A stretch of DNA of 64,000 bases from Candidatus Latescibacterota bacterium (lineage in GTDB: Bacteria > Latescibacterota > UBA2968). The notes under the pieces were generated by a model, which saw only the letters and a list, made by a program, of their open reading frames with translations, was not told the DNA's origin and did not search any database. The position numbers were made by a program, and so were the translations under genes. Each line of letters starts with the position of its first letter. Position 1 is the first letter of the stretch. Positions 1-8,500 of this stretch are shown in pieces. The stretch covers positions 6,080,001-6,144,000 of the forward strand of contig OZ242311.1 in NCBI GenBank assembly GCA_965207885.1, read 5' to 3'.

Positions 1-327
1 AGAGGGCTGGATCTTTCCTTCAACAACATATCGGATGTGATGCCGCTATCTAACTTGACCAGTCTGGAAGATCTGTATCTTGACAACAACAGCATATCGG
101 ATCTGGCGCCTTTGGTCGCAAATACGGGATTGGGCAGTGGAGATGTGGTTGATGTACGGAATAATCCGTTGAGTGCGACATCAATCAACACACACATTCC
201 AGCCCTTCAGGGCAGAGGGGTTGATGTGCGATTTGGCACGTCGAAGCCCGCAGTGATAGATAGGTACTTAAAAGAAAAGAGCGAGTCAAAAAGGACTCGC
301 TCTTTTTTTGTCGGTAAATCGGCGTGA
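1..327 (+). CDS. Internalin-like leucine-rich repeat protein, C-terminal part (starts before window)
   Basis: Frame open from base 1: RGLDLSFNNISDVMPLSNLTSLEDLYLDNNSISDLAPLVANTGLGSGDVVDVRNNPLS. LxxLxLxxNxIxDLxPL repeats are followed by the LVANTGLG..NPLS..HIPALQ.RGV.V cap typical of symbiont LRR proteins. Confidence 0.9.
   Translation, partial: RGLDLSFNNISDVMPLSNLTSLEDLYLDNNSISDLAPLVANTGLGSGDVVDVRNNPLSATSINTHIPALQGRGVDVRFGTSKPAVIDRYLKEKSESKRTRSFFVGKSA
271..309. terminator. Bidirectional intrinsic terminator between convergent genes
   Basis: AAAAGAGCGAGTC-aaaaag-GACTCGCTCTTTT perfect inverted repeat flanked by A and T runs. Confidence 0.85.
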
Positions 328-1077
328 TTACCCGGCTAATGCGCGCATGGTTTCGACGCATCGGGTCAGGGCGGGGACGGGGTTTTCGACGTCCGCTTCG
401 TATTCGATGACGGCCATGCCGTCAAAGCCGCTTTTTTCGAGTCCAGCGACAAAGGCCGGGAGGTCGAGCGTGCCTTCGCCGACGACGGTGTCGTGCCACT
501 GGCCGTTGGGGTCAAAGACGAAGTCTTTGTAGTGGATGCCGTAGATTTGTCCGGCGAAGTCTTCTGTCCATTTGACGGGGTTGCCCTGGCGAGGACCAAT
601 TTGCAAGGCCCAGGCTGTGTCGATGCACAGGCCAATTTCGGGCGCGCCAAGGCCGATGAGGTGTTTGAGTACGCCGGGTTGTCCGCCAAAGTGATACCCG
701 CCGTGACAGTGTATGCCCACGCGTATGCCGTATGCCCGACTCCAGGCGCGTACCTGTGTGATGGCTTTGGGATAGGATTCGAGCTGGAAATGGCAGGAGA
801 TGTGTTTGGCGCCGGCAATGGCGGCGCATTCAAAGTAAGATTTTTCAGCGGGGTCGCCCGTGAAGGTTTGTACGCCGATGGAGATGACGGATACGCCCGC
901 GTCGTTGTAGGTTTTGACGATGTCTTTCCATGCGTCGGGGTTTTTGAAGTCGGCGTGGGCCTGGCAGACTTCGATTTTGTCGAGGCCGATGTCTTTTACT
1001 TTTTGGGCGACGTCAGCGTTGTCTTTGAAGTAGCGAAAGCAAAAACTTTGGACTCCGTAATCCAGTGCTGCACTCAT
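328..1077 (-). CDS. Sugar phosphate isomerase/epimerase (AP-endonuclease-2 TIM barrel, IolE-like)
   Basis: IHCHGG, CIDTAW, IHYKD, GEG..D, IEYE motifs. ATG at 1077 with GAAGGAG RBS. Confidence 0.85.
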   Translation of the reverse strand: MSAALDYGVQSFCFRYFKDNADVAQKVKDIGLDKIEVCQAHADFKNPDAWKDIVKTYNDAGVSVISIGVQTFTGDPAEKSYFECAAIAGAKHISCHFQLESYPKAITQVRAWSRAYGIRVGIHCHGGYHFGGQPGVLKHLIGLGAPEIGLCIDTAWALQIGPRQGNPVKWTEDFAGQIYGIHYKDFVFDPNGQWHDTVVGEGTLDLPAFVAGLEKSGFDGMAVIEYEADVENPVPALTRCVETMRALAG

Positions 1078-1104
1078 GTAAAACTCCTTCCAGTGGTTTG
1101 GGTT

Positions 1105-1163
1105 GTCATCGCGGCATGATCCCCGTATAAAAGCACTACGGGGCATGCTTGAGCCGCGATCCA
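1105..1163. repeat. REP-like palindromic element (GTCATCGCGGC...GCCGCGATCCA) with nested hairpin
   Basis: ATCGCGGC 1108-1115 pairs with GCCGCGAT 1153-1160; inner CCCCGTA/TACGGGG 1121-1143; intergenic. Confidence 0.65.
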
Positions 1164-1170
1164 GAAGATT

Positions 1171-2091
1171 TTAGTTGTCATTGCTCCTTTCCAGTTTTTT
1201 GAATACGTCGGCAAAGATGGTGTTGCGGTTGAGTTGCGTGGCTACGCGCATGAAATGCCGACTGGGGTCATGGCTCCAGGTTATTTGATCGGTGAGTATG
1301 GGGCTGTGTACCAGCCGGGTTGTGACCCAGTTTGGGGTGACGAGATAAGCGGTGGCGGAGAGGTCCCAGATTTCTTTTGCCCAGGCGTAGTGGTCTTTGT
1401 GATAGCCGCGTACGGTTTCGGTGAGGAAGTCGCCTATGGCGCTTTTGCCCGCCACATGGGTTTCGAGTTCGGGCAGGGTGGTGAGGAGGTGCGAGGCGAC
1501 ATTGCGGCAGGGGATCTGGACGAGGGGTACGCCGCTGTCAAAGATGATGCGTGCGGCGAGGATGTCTTGTCGCAGGTTAAATTCAAGGGTGTTGGGCCAG
1601 TTGTGTTCGTGGCCGCCGAGCCAGACGACGACGATGTGTTTGATGATTTCGGGTTCTATGAGGATGGCGGAGGCTACGTTGGTTATGGCGCCGATGGCGG
1701 CGACGTAGAGCGGGTCATGAGATGCCATGGCTTTGTCGATGAGGTCGCGCACGGCGTCGTTGTCTTGGGGTGTGTCTGGTCCTGTGAGGTAGTTTGTAGA
1801 GCCGCGGAATACGAGGTTGTTGTCGGGGATGTTGAGGCGGTTGAGGAGGCGGAGGATTTCTTTATAGCTTCGTTCCATGCCGTCGCCCGGTCCGCTGGAG
1901 CGTTGGTTGTGAAAGGGCGCAGCGTAGATGGCTTCGACCGAGATTTTCTCAGGGGATAAGAGCGCGTGTGCTACGGCGAATTGATCATCGACTTCGTTAT
2001 ATGTATCCGTGTCCAGCACCACGCGCACTTTGCCTGATGGCGGTGCTAATCTGTCAATGCGCTGGGCGTGTGTGAGGATGGGAAAGTTCAT
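1171..2091 (-). CDS. Nucleoside hydrolase (IU-NH family)
   Basis: N-terminal DTDxxNEVDDxFA Asp cluster, IGAITN, WLGG, EFN..QD, IWD motifs. Confidence 0.9.
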   Translation of the reverse strand: MNFPILTHAQRIDRLAPPSGKVRVVLDTDTYNEVDDQFAVAHALLSPEKISVEAIYAAPFHNQRSSGPGDGMERSYKEILRLLNRLNIPDNNLVFRGSTNYLTGPDTPQDNDAVRDLIDKAMASHDPLYVAAIGAITNVASAILIEPEIIKHIVVVWLGGHEHNWPNTLEFNLRQDILAARIIFDSGVPLVQIPCRNVASHLLTTLPELETHVAGKSAIGDFLTETVRGYHKDHYAWAKEIWDLSATAYLVTPNWVTTRLVHSPILTDQITWSHDPSRHFMRVATQLNRNTIFADVFKKLERSNDN

Positions 2092-2105
2092 GGATATTTG
2101 CTTTT

Positions 2106-2897
2106 TTAAGCGGCTTCTTGTAATTTCGCGATATTTTCAGGTTCATGTCGTTCTTGCCATCTTATATAATCTGCTCCTCCCGCCTCCAGCGCGTCCATAT
2201 AGTCCTGGTTGATGTTCTTGTCCTGGTCGTTGATAACCGCAAGTCCCGAGACCTGTTTGCCTGTCAACGTCTTTCTATATTCTAAAATATCTTTCCACAT
2301 AAACAGAAAACTGGATAAAGAAGCTCTGTTGATACTGTTGAAGCACTTTAGCACAATTTCCTTTTCCCGGTACGCTACCTGGAAGTCGAAGCTGAATTCA
2401 ATACCCACAGACCCCCTGGAAATGAATTCAGGTGTATAGACTATCATTTTCTCATCCAAATACCCCCGCACATCATCTTTAAAAATATTGACAACCGTGG
2501 GCTTGGCAAGTACGTAGAAGTTGCTGACTTCCAACATCGCTTGAAGCAAATCATGCTTTCTCTGAGGAAAATCGGATTCTCTGTTGGCTTGTGCTACAAG
2601 TTCTTTGCTCTTATTGGTTACCCCATAACTGGACAGGACTCTGTCCAGAAGTTCTCTTCGAGATGACGAGCGGGAAAAAGATACGCCCATTAACTCCAAA
2701 TCGTGGAGTGTCTTGCCGTCATCGGAGAGCATGATTTTATTTCCCTCCTTCTTGGCGTATATTTCCAGTGTGTCATTGAACAGGCCAGTAAAAGGAGTAG
2801 AAATAAGACTCCAATCGCTTTCATCTCCCACGGGAATATAAGTTTTCGATCTGAGCCAGGTATAATACTTGTCTTCTTGTTCAGCAAGCCAGTTCAT
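2106..2897 (-). CDS. DUF1828/DUF1829 protein (phage- or defence-island associated)
   Basis: TPF....ND.LEIY..LSDDGxT N-domain and GSVG.EF.FDF C-domain. ATG at 2897. Confidence 0.8.
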   Translation of the reverse strand: MNWLAEQEDKYYTWLRSKTYIPVGDESDWSLISTPFTGLFNDTLEIYAKKEGNKIMLSDDGKTLHDLELMGVSFSRSSSRRELLDRVLSSYGVTNKSKELVAQANRESDFPQRKHDLLQAMLEVSNFYVLAKPTVVNIFKDDVRGYLDEKMIVYTPEFISRGSVGIEFSFDFQVAYREKEIVLKCFNSINRASLSSFLFMWKDILEYRKTLTGKQVSGLAVINDQDKNINQDYMDALEAGGADYIRWQERHEPENIAKLQEAA

Positions 2898-2898
2898 A

Positions 2899-3018
2899 CT
2901 AAAAATATCTCGCCTTTCCATTTGTCCAACGCCAGGATATAACGTCAACAGGATTGCCCTTTTCTATCACTTTCTTGGGCAATCCTATCAAACGTCTGGC
3001 CTCTTGGTTGGTCAGCAT
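2899..3018 (-). pseudogene. Truncated DUF6978-like gene (usual upstream partner of DUF1828/1829)
   Basis: 39-codon frame MLTNQEARRLIGLPKKVIEKG...RYF* resembles the MLTxxEAxxLxxxxK N-terminus of this family; it stops just before the DUF1828 ATG. Confidence 0.55.
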
Positions 3019-3302
3019 GAGATACTATTCCTCCATCTCTTCACGGAATATTCGCCAATACGGTGCAGTGCCCGATGGCCAACGCGCACGCACCAGATTT
3101 CAGCTTTGGGGTATTGCTTAAGGAGACGCTCTGATGCAGCAAGGGCATTATCGGCAATAATATAGCTTTCAGTATCGATGTCGATAGCAACGACTTTCCC
3201 ATAGTGTGTTGTTTCCACATGGGGACGGATAGCCCGCTCGTATATTTCATCGCCACGCCGCGCTGTTTCCTCGGCTGAATAGCGAGATTGATCAGTTGGC
3301 AT
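3012..3302 (-). CDS. Small DUF5678-like protein
   Basis: EETARRGDEIYE..IR..VE...GKVVAIDIDTESY...RVG pattern; CAGGAG RBS. Confidence 0.7.
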   Translation of the reverse strand: MPTDQSRYSAEETARRGDEIYERAIRPHVETTHYGKVVAIDIDTESYIIADNALAASERLLKQYPKAEIWCVRVGHRALHRIGEYSVKRWRNSISC

Positions 3303-3360
3303 GGTAATTCTCCTGATTGTAGTGGAAAATATCTATTACTAAAGTGGACGGTCATTAAAC

Positions 3361-3546
3361 TCATCCAAGCTCCTCGCTCGCGCCTTGTCCAGCGTTCTCT
3401 TTCAAGGCACTCAGATCTACAACTTTCTGACCTTTCGTCCGCTTTTTGGTTTGGAGATGGGTAACAAGAGCCTCGATATCATACCCATGTTCCTGTGCGA
3501 TGCTGTCTTTGATCTGCCAGAGTTCCTCAATAATTTTGTCAGACAT
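3361..3546 (-). CDS. Small antitoxin-like protein normally paired with an upstream PIN gene
   Basis: MSDKIIEELWQIKDSIAQEHGYDIEALV matches the D.I..E...I.D..A....YD...L family. Its ATG overlaps the PIN remnant stop (ATGTCTGA). Confidence 0.65.
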   Translation of the reverse strand: MSDKIIEELWQIKDSIAQEHGYDIEALVTHLQTKKRTKGQKVVDLSALKENAGQGASEELG

Positions 3547-3607
3547 CTTCGAATACTCCCATAAGTTCTTGAGGTGTGCAAATTTCGGAACTGGTATGCC
3601 CGTGTCC
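3539..3607 (-). pseudogene. C-terminal remnant of a PIN-domain toxin
   Basis: Unlisted frame reads GHGHTSSEICTPQELMGVFEDV*. ICTPxEL is the hallmark C-terminus of this PIN subfamily; an in-frame TAA lies just upstream. Confidence 0.65.
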
Positions 3608-3673
3608 CTTCCACCATTACTCAAAATGCTGTTAAGTCTTTCTATCCTATCTGGTGAAGGACTATGTTGGAGG

Positions 3674-3841
3674 CTACCTCTCTTCTGCAAGACCCTCTCG
3701 TTCTAACACTCTGCGGATATCTTCGAAAACTGCCGAGATATTTCCCTGAGGAAAGCGAATTTGTCCTAATCCCTGGATATTTGAAAATTCTTCGCAACCT
3801 TTCTCTAATAGAATTATGGCACGCTCGAAACCAAGTCGTCC
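3674..3841 (-). pseudogene. C-terminal remnant of a TIR-like nucleotide-binding protein (CBASS Cap12/Pycsar effector type)
   Basis: Unlisted frame GRLGFERAIILLEKGCEEFSNIQGLGQIRFPQGNISAVFEDIRRVLEREGLAEER*; no start, TAA TGA a few codons upstream. Confidence 0.75.
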
Positions 3842-4096
3842 AGGGATAGTGTATTGTCATTAATTGAGCAAGAAAACTAATGTGAGGAGGTGTATGAATT
3901 CTAGCTTGCACTGCTGGCATATCTTTTCCTTTTTTTGCTCTTCATCACCAGTGGCAAAAATAGAGCAGAGCAGTAATTTTTTTGTACAAATTGATTTGTT
4001 GCGCCGGATCAGTTGCTTTAGTCGTTAGGATTCAAGCTACAAACCGGATGAACGAGCGTTGCTTTGAGGCAGAGATTTTGGTAAAGTATTCCGTTT

Positions 4097-5551
4097 TTAC
4101 CCTTTTAATTTAGCTTCAAGGTTTTCATCTAATTTAGCTTCAAGGTTTTCAATTGTTTTTATTGCCTGGGAAATCTCTTTTTTTATAGTAGTAACAATGC
4201 GAGAGTGACTGAGAGGGTTTAGGATAAAGTTTCGATACATTTCGACCTCGTCAATGAGTTCCTGTTCTAAAAAGGGTACATCCTTTGCTTTTCCGTTTTT
4301 AATTGGTTTCCAGAAATCTTCGCTTGTCAAATGTTTTGGGTTGTTGCGGTACTTGACTTGGAGATTCATCTTCTCGCAAAATCTTTTGATTGCCGCTTCA
4401 AAAGCGGTGCGAAGATAAATTACACAGGCTTTGTAGTCGTTGGCTTCGAAATACTTTTTGGCCCTTTCAAGATACGGTTGGTCTTCCGCATAGATCGGAA
4501 TCTCATATTCGTCGGTTTTCGAAAAATAGAATTCGGCGTATTTCCACTCGCTGCCTGCTGTCCGTTGCCTGACAATTTCATACCAAGCGCGATCATAGGT
4601 CATGAGGAATATCTGATAATCTGAGAAGTATTCTTTTATTATATCGATCACCGGCAGGCGGTTTGACATATCTAAGCCAATCAACACATCATCCAGTGCG
4701 AGAATTTTTAAGTCGCTCTCTGGCTGGAGCAAGAACGACGAAAAAGAGATGGCTAAGGCGATAGCAGACAATTTTGCCTCATTCAGAAAGTGGTGAGGCA
4801 AAGGTATATCTCTGTCGAAGAACTTGACTGTCAAGAATATCTGCTGGTTATCAAGCCTCTTATTGCTGCGGTTGTATGTAATACCCTGAAAATTGAAATC
4901 GAGGATAACATTGTAGTCGTCAAACTTACTGAGTATTTCGGATGCCTTCATTCTCAATTCTTCTAATTTGCCAGCCAATCCATTGTTGAAATTCTGTACT
5001 CGATCTTCCAGTGCCTCAATTTGTCTTATTGCATTTCGGCGCGGATTTGTCTCTTGAATATCAGCCCAATCGTCGGCAAAACTTTGCTCCGTCACATCGT
5101 TGATGGTGTTGGCAAGGAGAGTCTTGACCAGCAAATTGAAGACATTCACAGCCCTCTCTTCCTCTTCGCGTTGGGTATAATGCGTTGCCAGAAGTGTCTT
5201 ATAGTCGAGAAAGCCTTTTGTCTTTGATGCATCAATAATCAGAGGATCATCAGTCTCTTTAGCGGTCTTTGACCATTCGTAAGTATACTGTTTTGATCGC
5301 GAATCAGCACGGAGACACAGTTTGATATAACTACTATAACTGTCCTTGATAAAAATATTCTGGTGATCTTTGAATTGATGATTTTTGTTCACAGCGGATT
5401 CCAAAAACAGCTTCAAAGCCAGATACAACGATGATTTTCCACTTCCATTTTCGCCATAAATGAGCAGATTTTTTCCAAATTTGTCCAATTTGATTTGGTA
5501 TAAACCGTAGAAGGCTCTAAAATTTTTAATGTTGATCTCTGTAATTCTCAT
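4097..5551 (-). CDS. ABC/SMC-type AAA ATPase with C-terminal HEPN-like domain (PrrC/RloC-like architecture)
   Basis: I.IKNFRAF start, Walker A GENGSGKSS, degenerate signature FLNEAK, Walker B/D-loop LALDDVLIGLD, C-terminal YLRTAFE...RNFILNPLSH. Confidence 0.8.
   Translation of the reverse strand: MRITEINIKNFRAFYGLYQIKLDKFGKNLLIYGENGSGKSSLYLALKLFLESAVNKNHQFKDHQNIFIKDSYSSYIKLCLRADSRSKQYTYEWSKTAKETDDPLIIDASKTKGFLDYKTLLATHYTQREEEERAVNVFNLLVKTLLANTINDVTEQSFADDWADIQETNPRRNAIRQIEALEDRVQNFNNGLAGKLEELRMKASEILSKFDDYNVILDFNFQGITYNRSNKRLDNQQIFLTVKFFDRDIPLPHHFLNEAKLSAIALAISFSSFLLQPESDLKILALDDVLIGLDMSNRLPVIDIIKEYFSDYQIFLMTYDRAWYEIVRQRTAGSEWKYAEFYFSKTDEYEIPIYAEDQPYLERAKKYFEANDYKACVIYLRTAFEAAIKRFCEKMNLQVKYRNNPKHLTSEDFWKPIKNGKAKDVPFLEQELIDEVEMYRNFILNPLSHSRIVTTIKKEISQAIKTIENLEAKLDENLEAKLKG
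4106..4151. repeat. 24-bp-period tandem duplication at the ATPase 3' end
   Basis: TAATTTAGCTTCAAGGTTTTCA at 4106-4127 and 4130-4151; encodes ENLEAKL twice. Confidence 0.9.
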
Positions 5552-8500
5552 ATCTTATCCTCAATGATGCGGATAATTTTCAAACTATCGAGAAAGAAAA
5601 GGGTTTTTCGCACAGTATGTTTTCTATCAAACAGTTGCTCAAAGATGTCTCGGATTACAGACATTTTATCGCCTGTGATCTCCTTTATTGGGGGCAGATT
5701 CTCGTCCAACAACGGTTTGAAGAAGTATTTGTCAGCGCGATGAAGTTCATCGGTCAAGTAGAGTTCATAGACCAGTCCGTCAATTATTTGCTCAAAATAT
5801 TTGACCATCATGTAGTCTCGGGCATATGCCAAGTCCTTGCCATCTGTAGATGGCTGCTCCTTGAGATAAATGATGTAATCAACTATAGTTGTGATAAGGT
5901 CGTGCTCATCTCTACTTACTTTTGGGTTGATAACGTTGGCTGATAGAGGTTTATCTGCCACGCTCTTGAGAGACTTGGGAACTGCTGTAGCAATTTTGGG
6001 GATGGGGATGGTTTCAACATAAATTTTTTTCCAGAGTAATGTCCCCATACCCGATGTTGGTGCAATCTGTTGGAGATACCAGCAAATTAGTTTCGTATTC
6101 AACACGGCGCAGAGGTATTTGATGCCTTCTCCTGTCATCATGAATGTGTTGGCTTCGCAGTATATGCCACTGTCATCGTAGGCAAAACGTCCAGTGTTGG
6201 ATAATGTAATCCAAACCAACTTTTCTTTGGCGAAGTCTTCGTGGTAGGCAATTGAGTCCTGAGTTTCAAACCACGAATGTTGTGTCTTTTTTCGGGACCT
6301 ACCACCACCAGCCAGATTTTTGCCACTTTGTTCCAATCGATCTTGCCCAAAAGATAGCAGATGGTTCTTTACAGTAGGATAGTCATCAATATCCAATTTT
6401 AGTGAGGGAAAGGTTGTAATCAACCACAAGTTCGACCATTGCACTTGATAGCGTTGAATGTTTTTACCACGTAGTAGGGGCTTGATAATCTCAGCGGTTT
6501 TTGGGTCTGCGGCAACTAATGCCTGCCGAGTCGCATCATCAATGATGAAGGCGTTGTTATAGCCGGTTTTGATTCCAAAATTGATTTTTATATTCCAGTC
6601 TTTCAGCGGTGTTCCCACGGCTTCTATCTTTTCCGTAATGGTCTGTGCTATAGCCGACAGCGCACTCCACGGTCTTTCGTCTTGCGTACGCAACTGTCCC
6701 CAGAGGTTCTCGGCAGGTGGAAAGTCTTTATTGGGCAGACAGTCCATATCCACGGCCTTACCAGTTTCATCGCTTTTGCCGTTGCGTACTATCAGGATAT
6801 TGGTGTCAACAATGGCATTTTCAAAAATGTCCTTGCCTATTTCCAGCAGTCGTAGGGGTGTGTGCTGTTCGGCGAAGTAGCGGCGCGTGGATTTGCCGTA
6901 ATCTGCTCTTAGCCAGCTATTGGAAGTGATAAAGCATAGCAGACCGCGTTGCGGTGTGAGCAGTCCACAGCCTTTTTCATAGAAAAGCTGGTAGATGTCA
7001 CCGGTGCTGGCGAAGGTGTTAAACCCGATGCCCTTATAGTACCGACCGAGTTCGCCGCCATTTTTCTGTAACTGAACATACGGCGGATTGCCGATGATGA
7101 TATTAAATCCTTTATTTTGGTGAAAAATTTCCGAAAAATATATTTCAAAATCAAATTCTGTACGGCCATTTGTGATTTTGCTGATGAGATCGTCAATCTT
7201 GTTTTTGTAGTTATCCTTTTTACTGGTACTGGTTTCGTCAAAGTGTAAAAGTTTCAGTTTTTCAAGTTCTACAAACAAGTGGTTATTGAGAAGATTCTTC
7301 TCAACGCTCAATAGCGAGTCGCCTTGAACGATCTTATAATCCAAGTTCGGCAATGGTTGAATCGTCTCGCGTTCTTCTTCATCTACAATCAGCGAAAGCC
7401 ACAGACGGAGTTTGGCAATTTCCACAGCACTGGGCTCAATGTCCACACCATACAGACAGTTCTGAATCGCATGGCGTTTGAAATGGTATGGGTTGCGTTC
7501 CAAATCGTCGTCCAAGTATGTTGTAAGCGCGTTTCGCACCCTGATAATTTCGTTCATCATCCCGACAACAAACTCGCCGGAGCCGACAGCAGGATCGCAG
7601 ATGCGGATTGTCTCCAGTTTCTCGTCGATGAAATCGGCGTGTTCACGCACACTCTCGGGCAGTTTGAAGGCGTAGCGTTCTGTCTCACGCCCTTCGCTTA
7701 TCACGCGGCTGTCATGCTCTACTACAGCCTCGCCATATTTAATCAGTGTCTCAATTTCTTCTTTCTTCGCTTTGCCCTCAAGTTCGGTCGCCAAGTGGTA
7801 GGCTAAACTTTCCTGACTCATGTAATGGACGATCTCGCGTGGCGTGTAGTAGGTGCCTTTGGATTTGCGGTCTTTTATCTCCAGGAGGTTCTCAAAGACT
7901 TTGCCGAGCATCTCCGGATCAACAGCAACTTCTTTTTCCAACGGCTCGTCTTCTTTGACGGTAAAGTTGTAGCGGTCAAAAATATCCAGAACACCGTTGC
8001 CAATGTCACCTTCTTTGGTTTTGTAATTGTTAGAAAAAAGTTCATTGGGAAGCAATATATCCGTATCTACCCAATCATAGTCGTTCAGTGGATCAAACAA
8101 CCCGCCGTTCAGGAATGGAATCCGACAGTCAAAGCGGCTGTAGTAGTCGCCAGAGCGCTCCAGCCGCAGAGCTTCGTAGAAAAGCGGCTCCAGAATATCG
8201 TTAAAAAAGTTTTCGTAGTCGCCGTGTTGCTTCTCAAAAAGCTCGCGTAAAAAACGCTTAGAGCCAGCCCCCCACTTCTTTCCGCGTGCCACACCAAACC
8301 AGCCTTTTTTTTGCAGAAAATACAGAAATACAATCTGTCCCAAGAGCTTTTTGGCAAAGTCAACAGTATCTACATTTTTCGCTTCAAAGTCGGCTTTGAC
8401 TTTGGAGTCTTGTTTTATGATTGCATCGAGCGATTCCTTGAGGCACAAAAAGAGATCGCGGTACTTTTCAAAAAATTCCTTGGTGACTCGCTCAACGCTG

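Noticed and set aside
3642-3920. 92-aa ORF listed in the track
   Set aside because: The coding signal is in a different frame (TIR-like remnant); the listed translation has no family features.
3300-4096. Intact integron cassette array
   Set aside because: No integron integrase and no complete attC palindrome; only weak half-site resemblances, kept as a low-confidence note.
7570-7600. MTase motif I reads GSGEF rather than GSGAF; inactivation considered
   Set aside because: This position is variable among MTases and all other motifs are intact; no evidence of loss of function.
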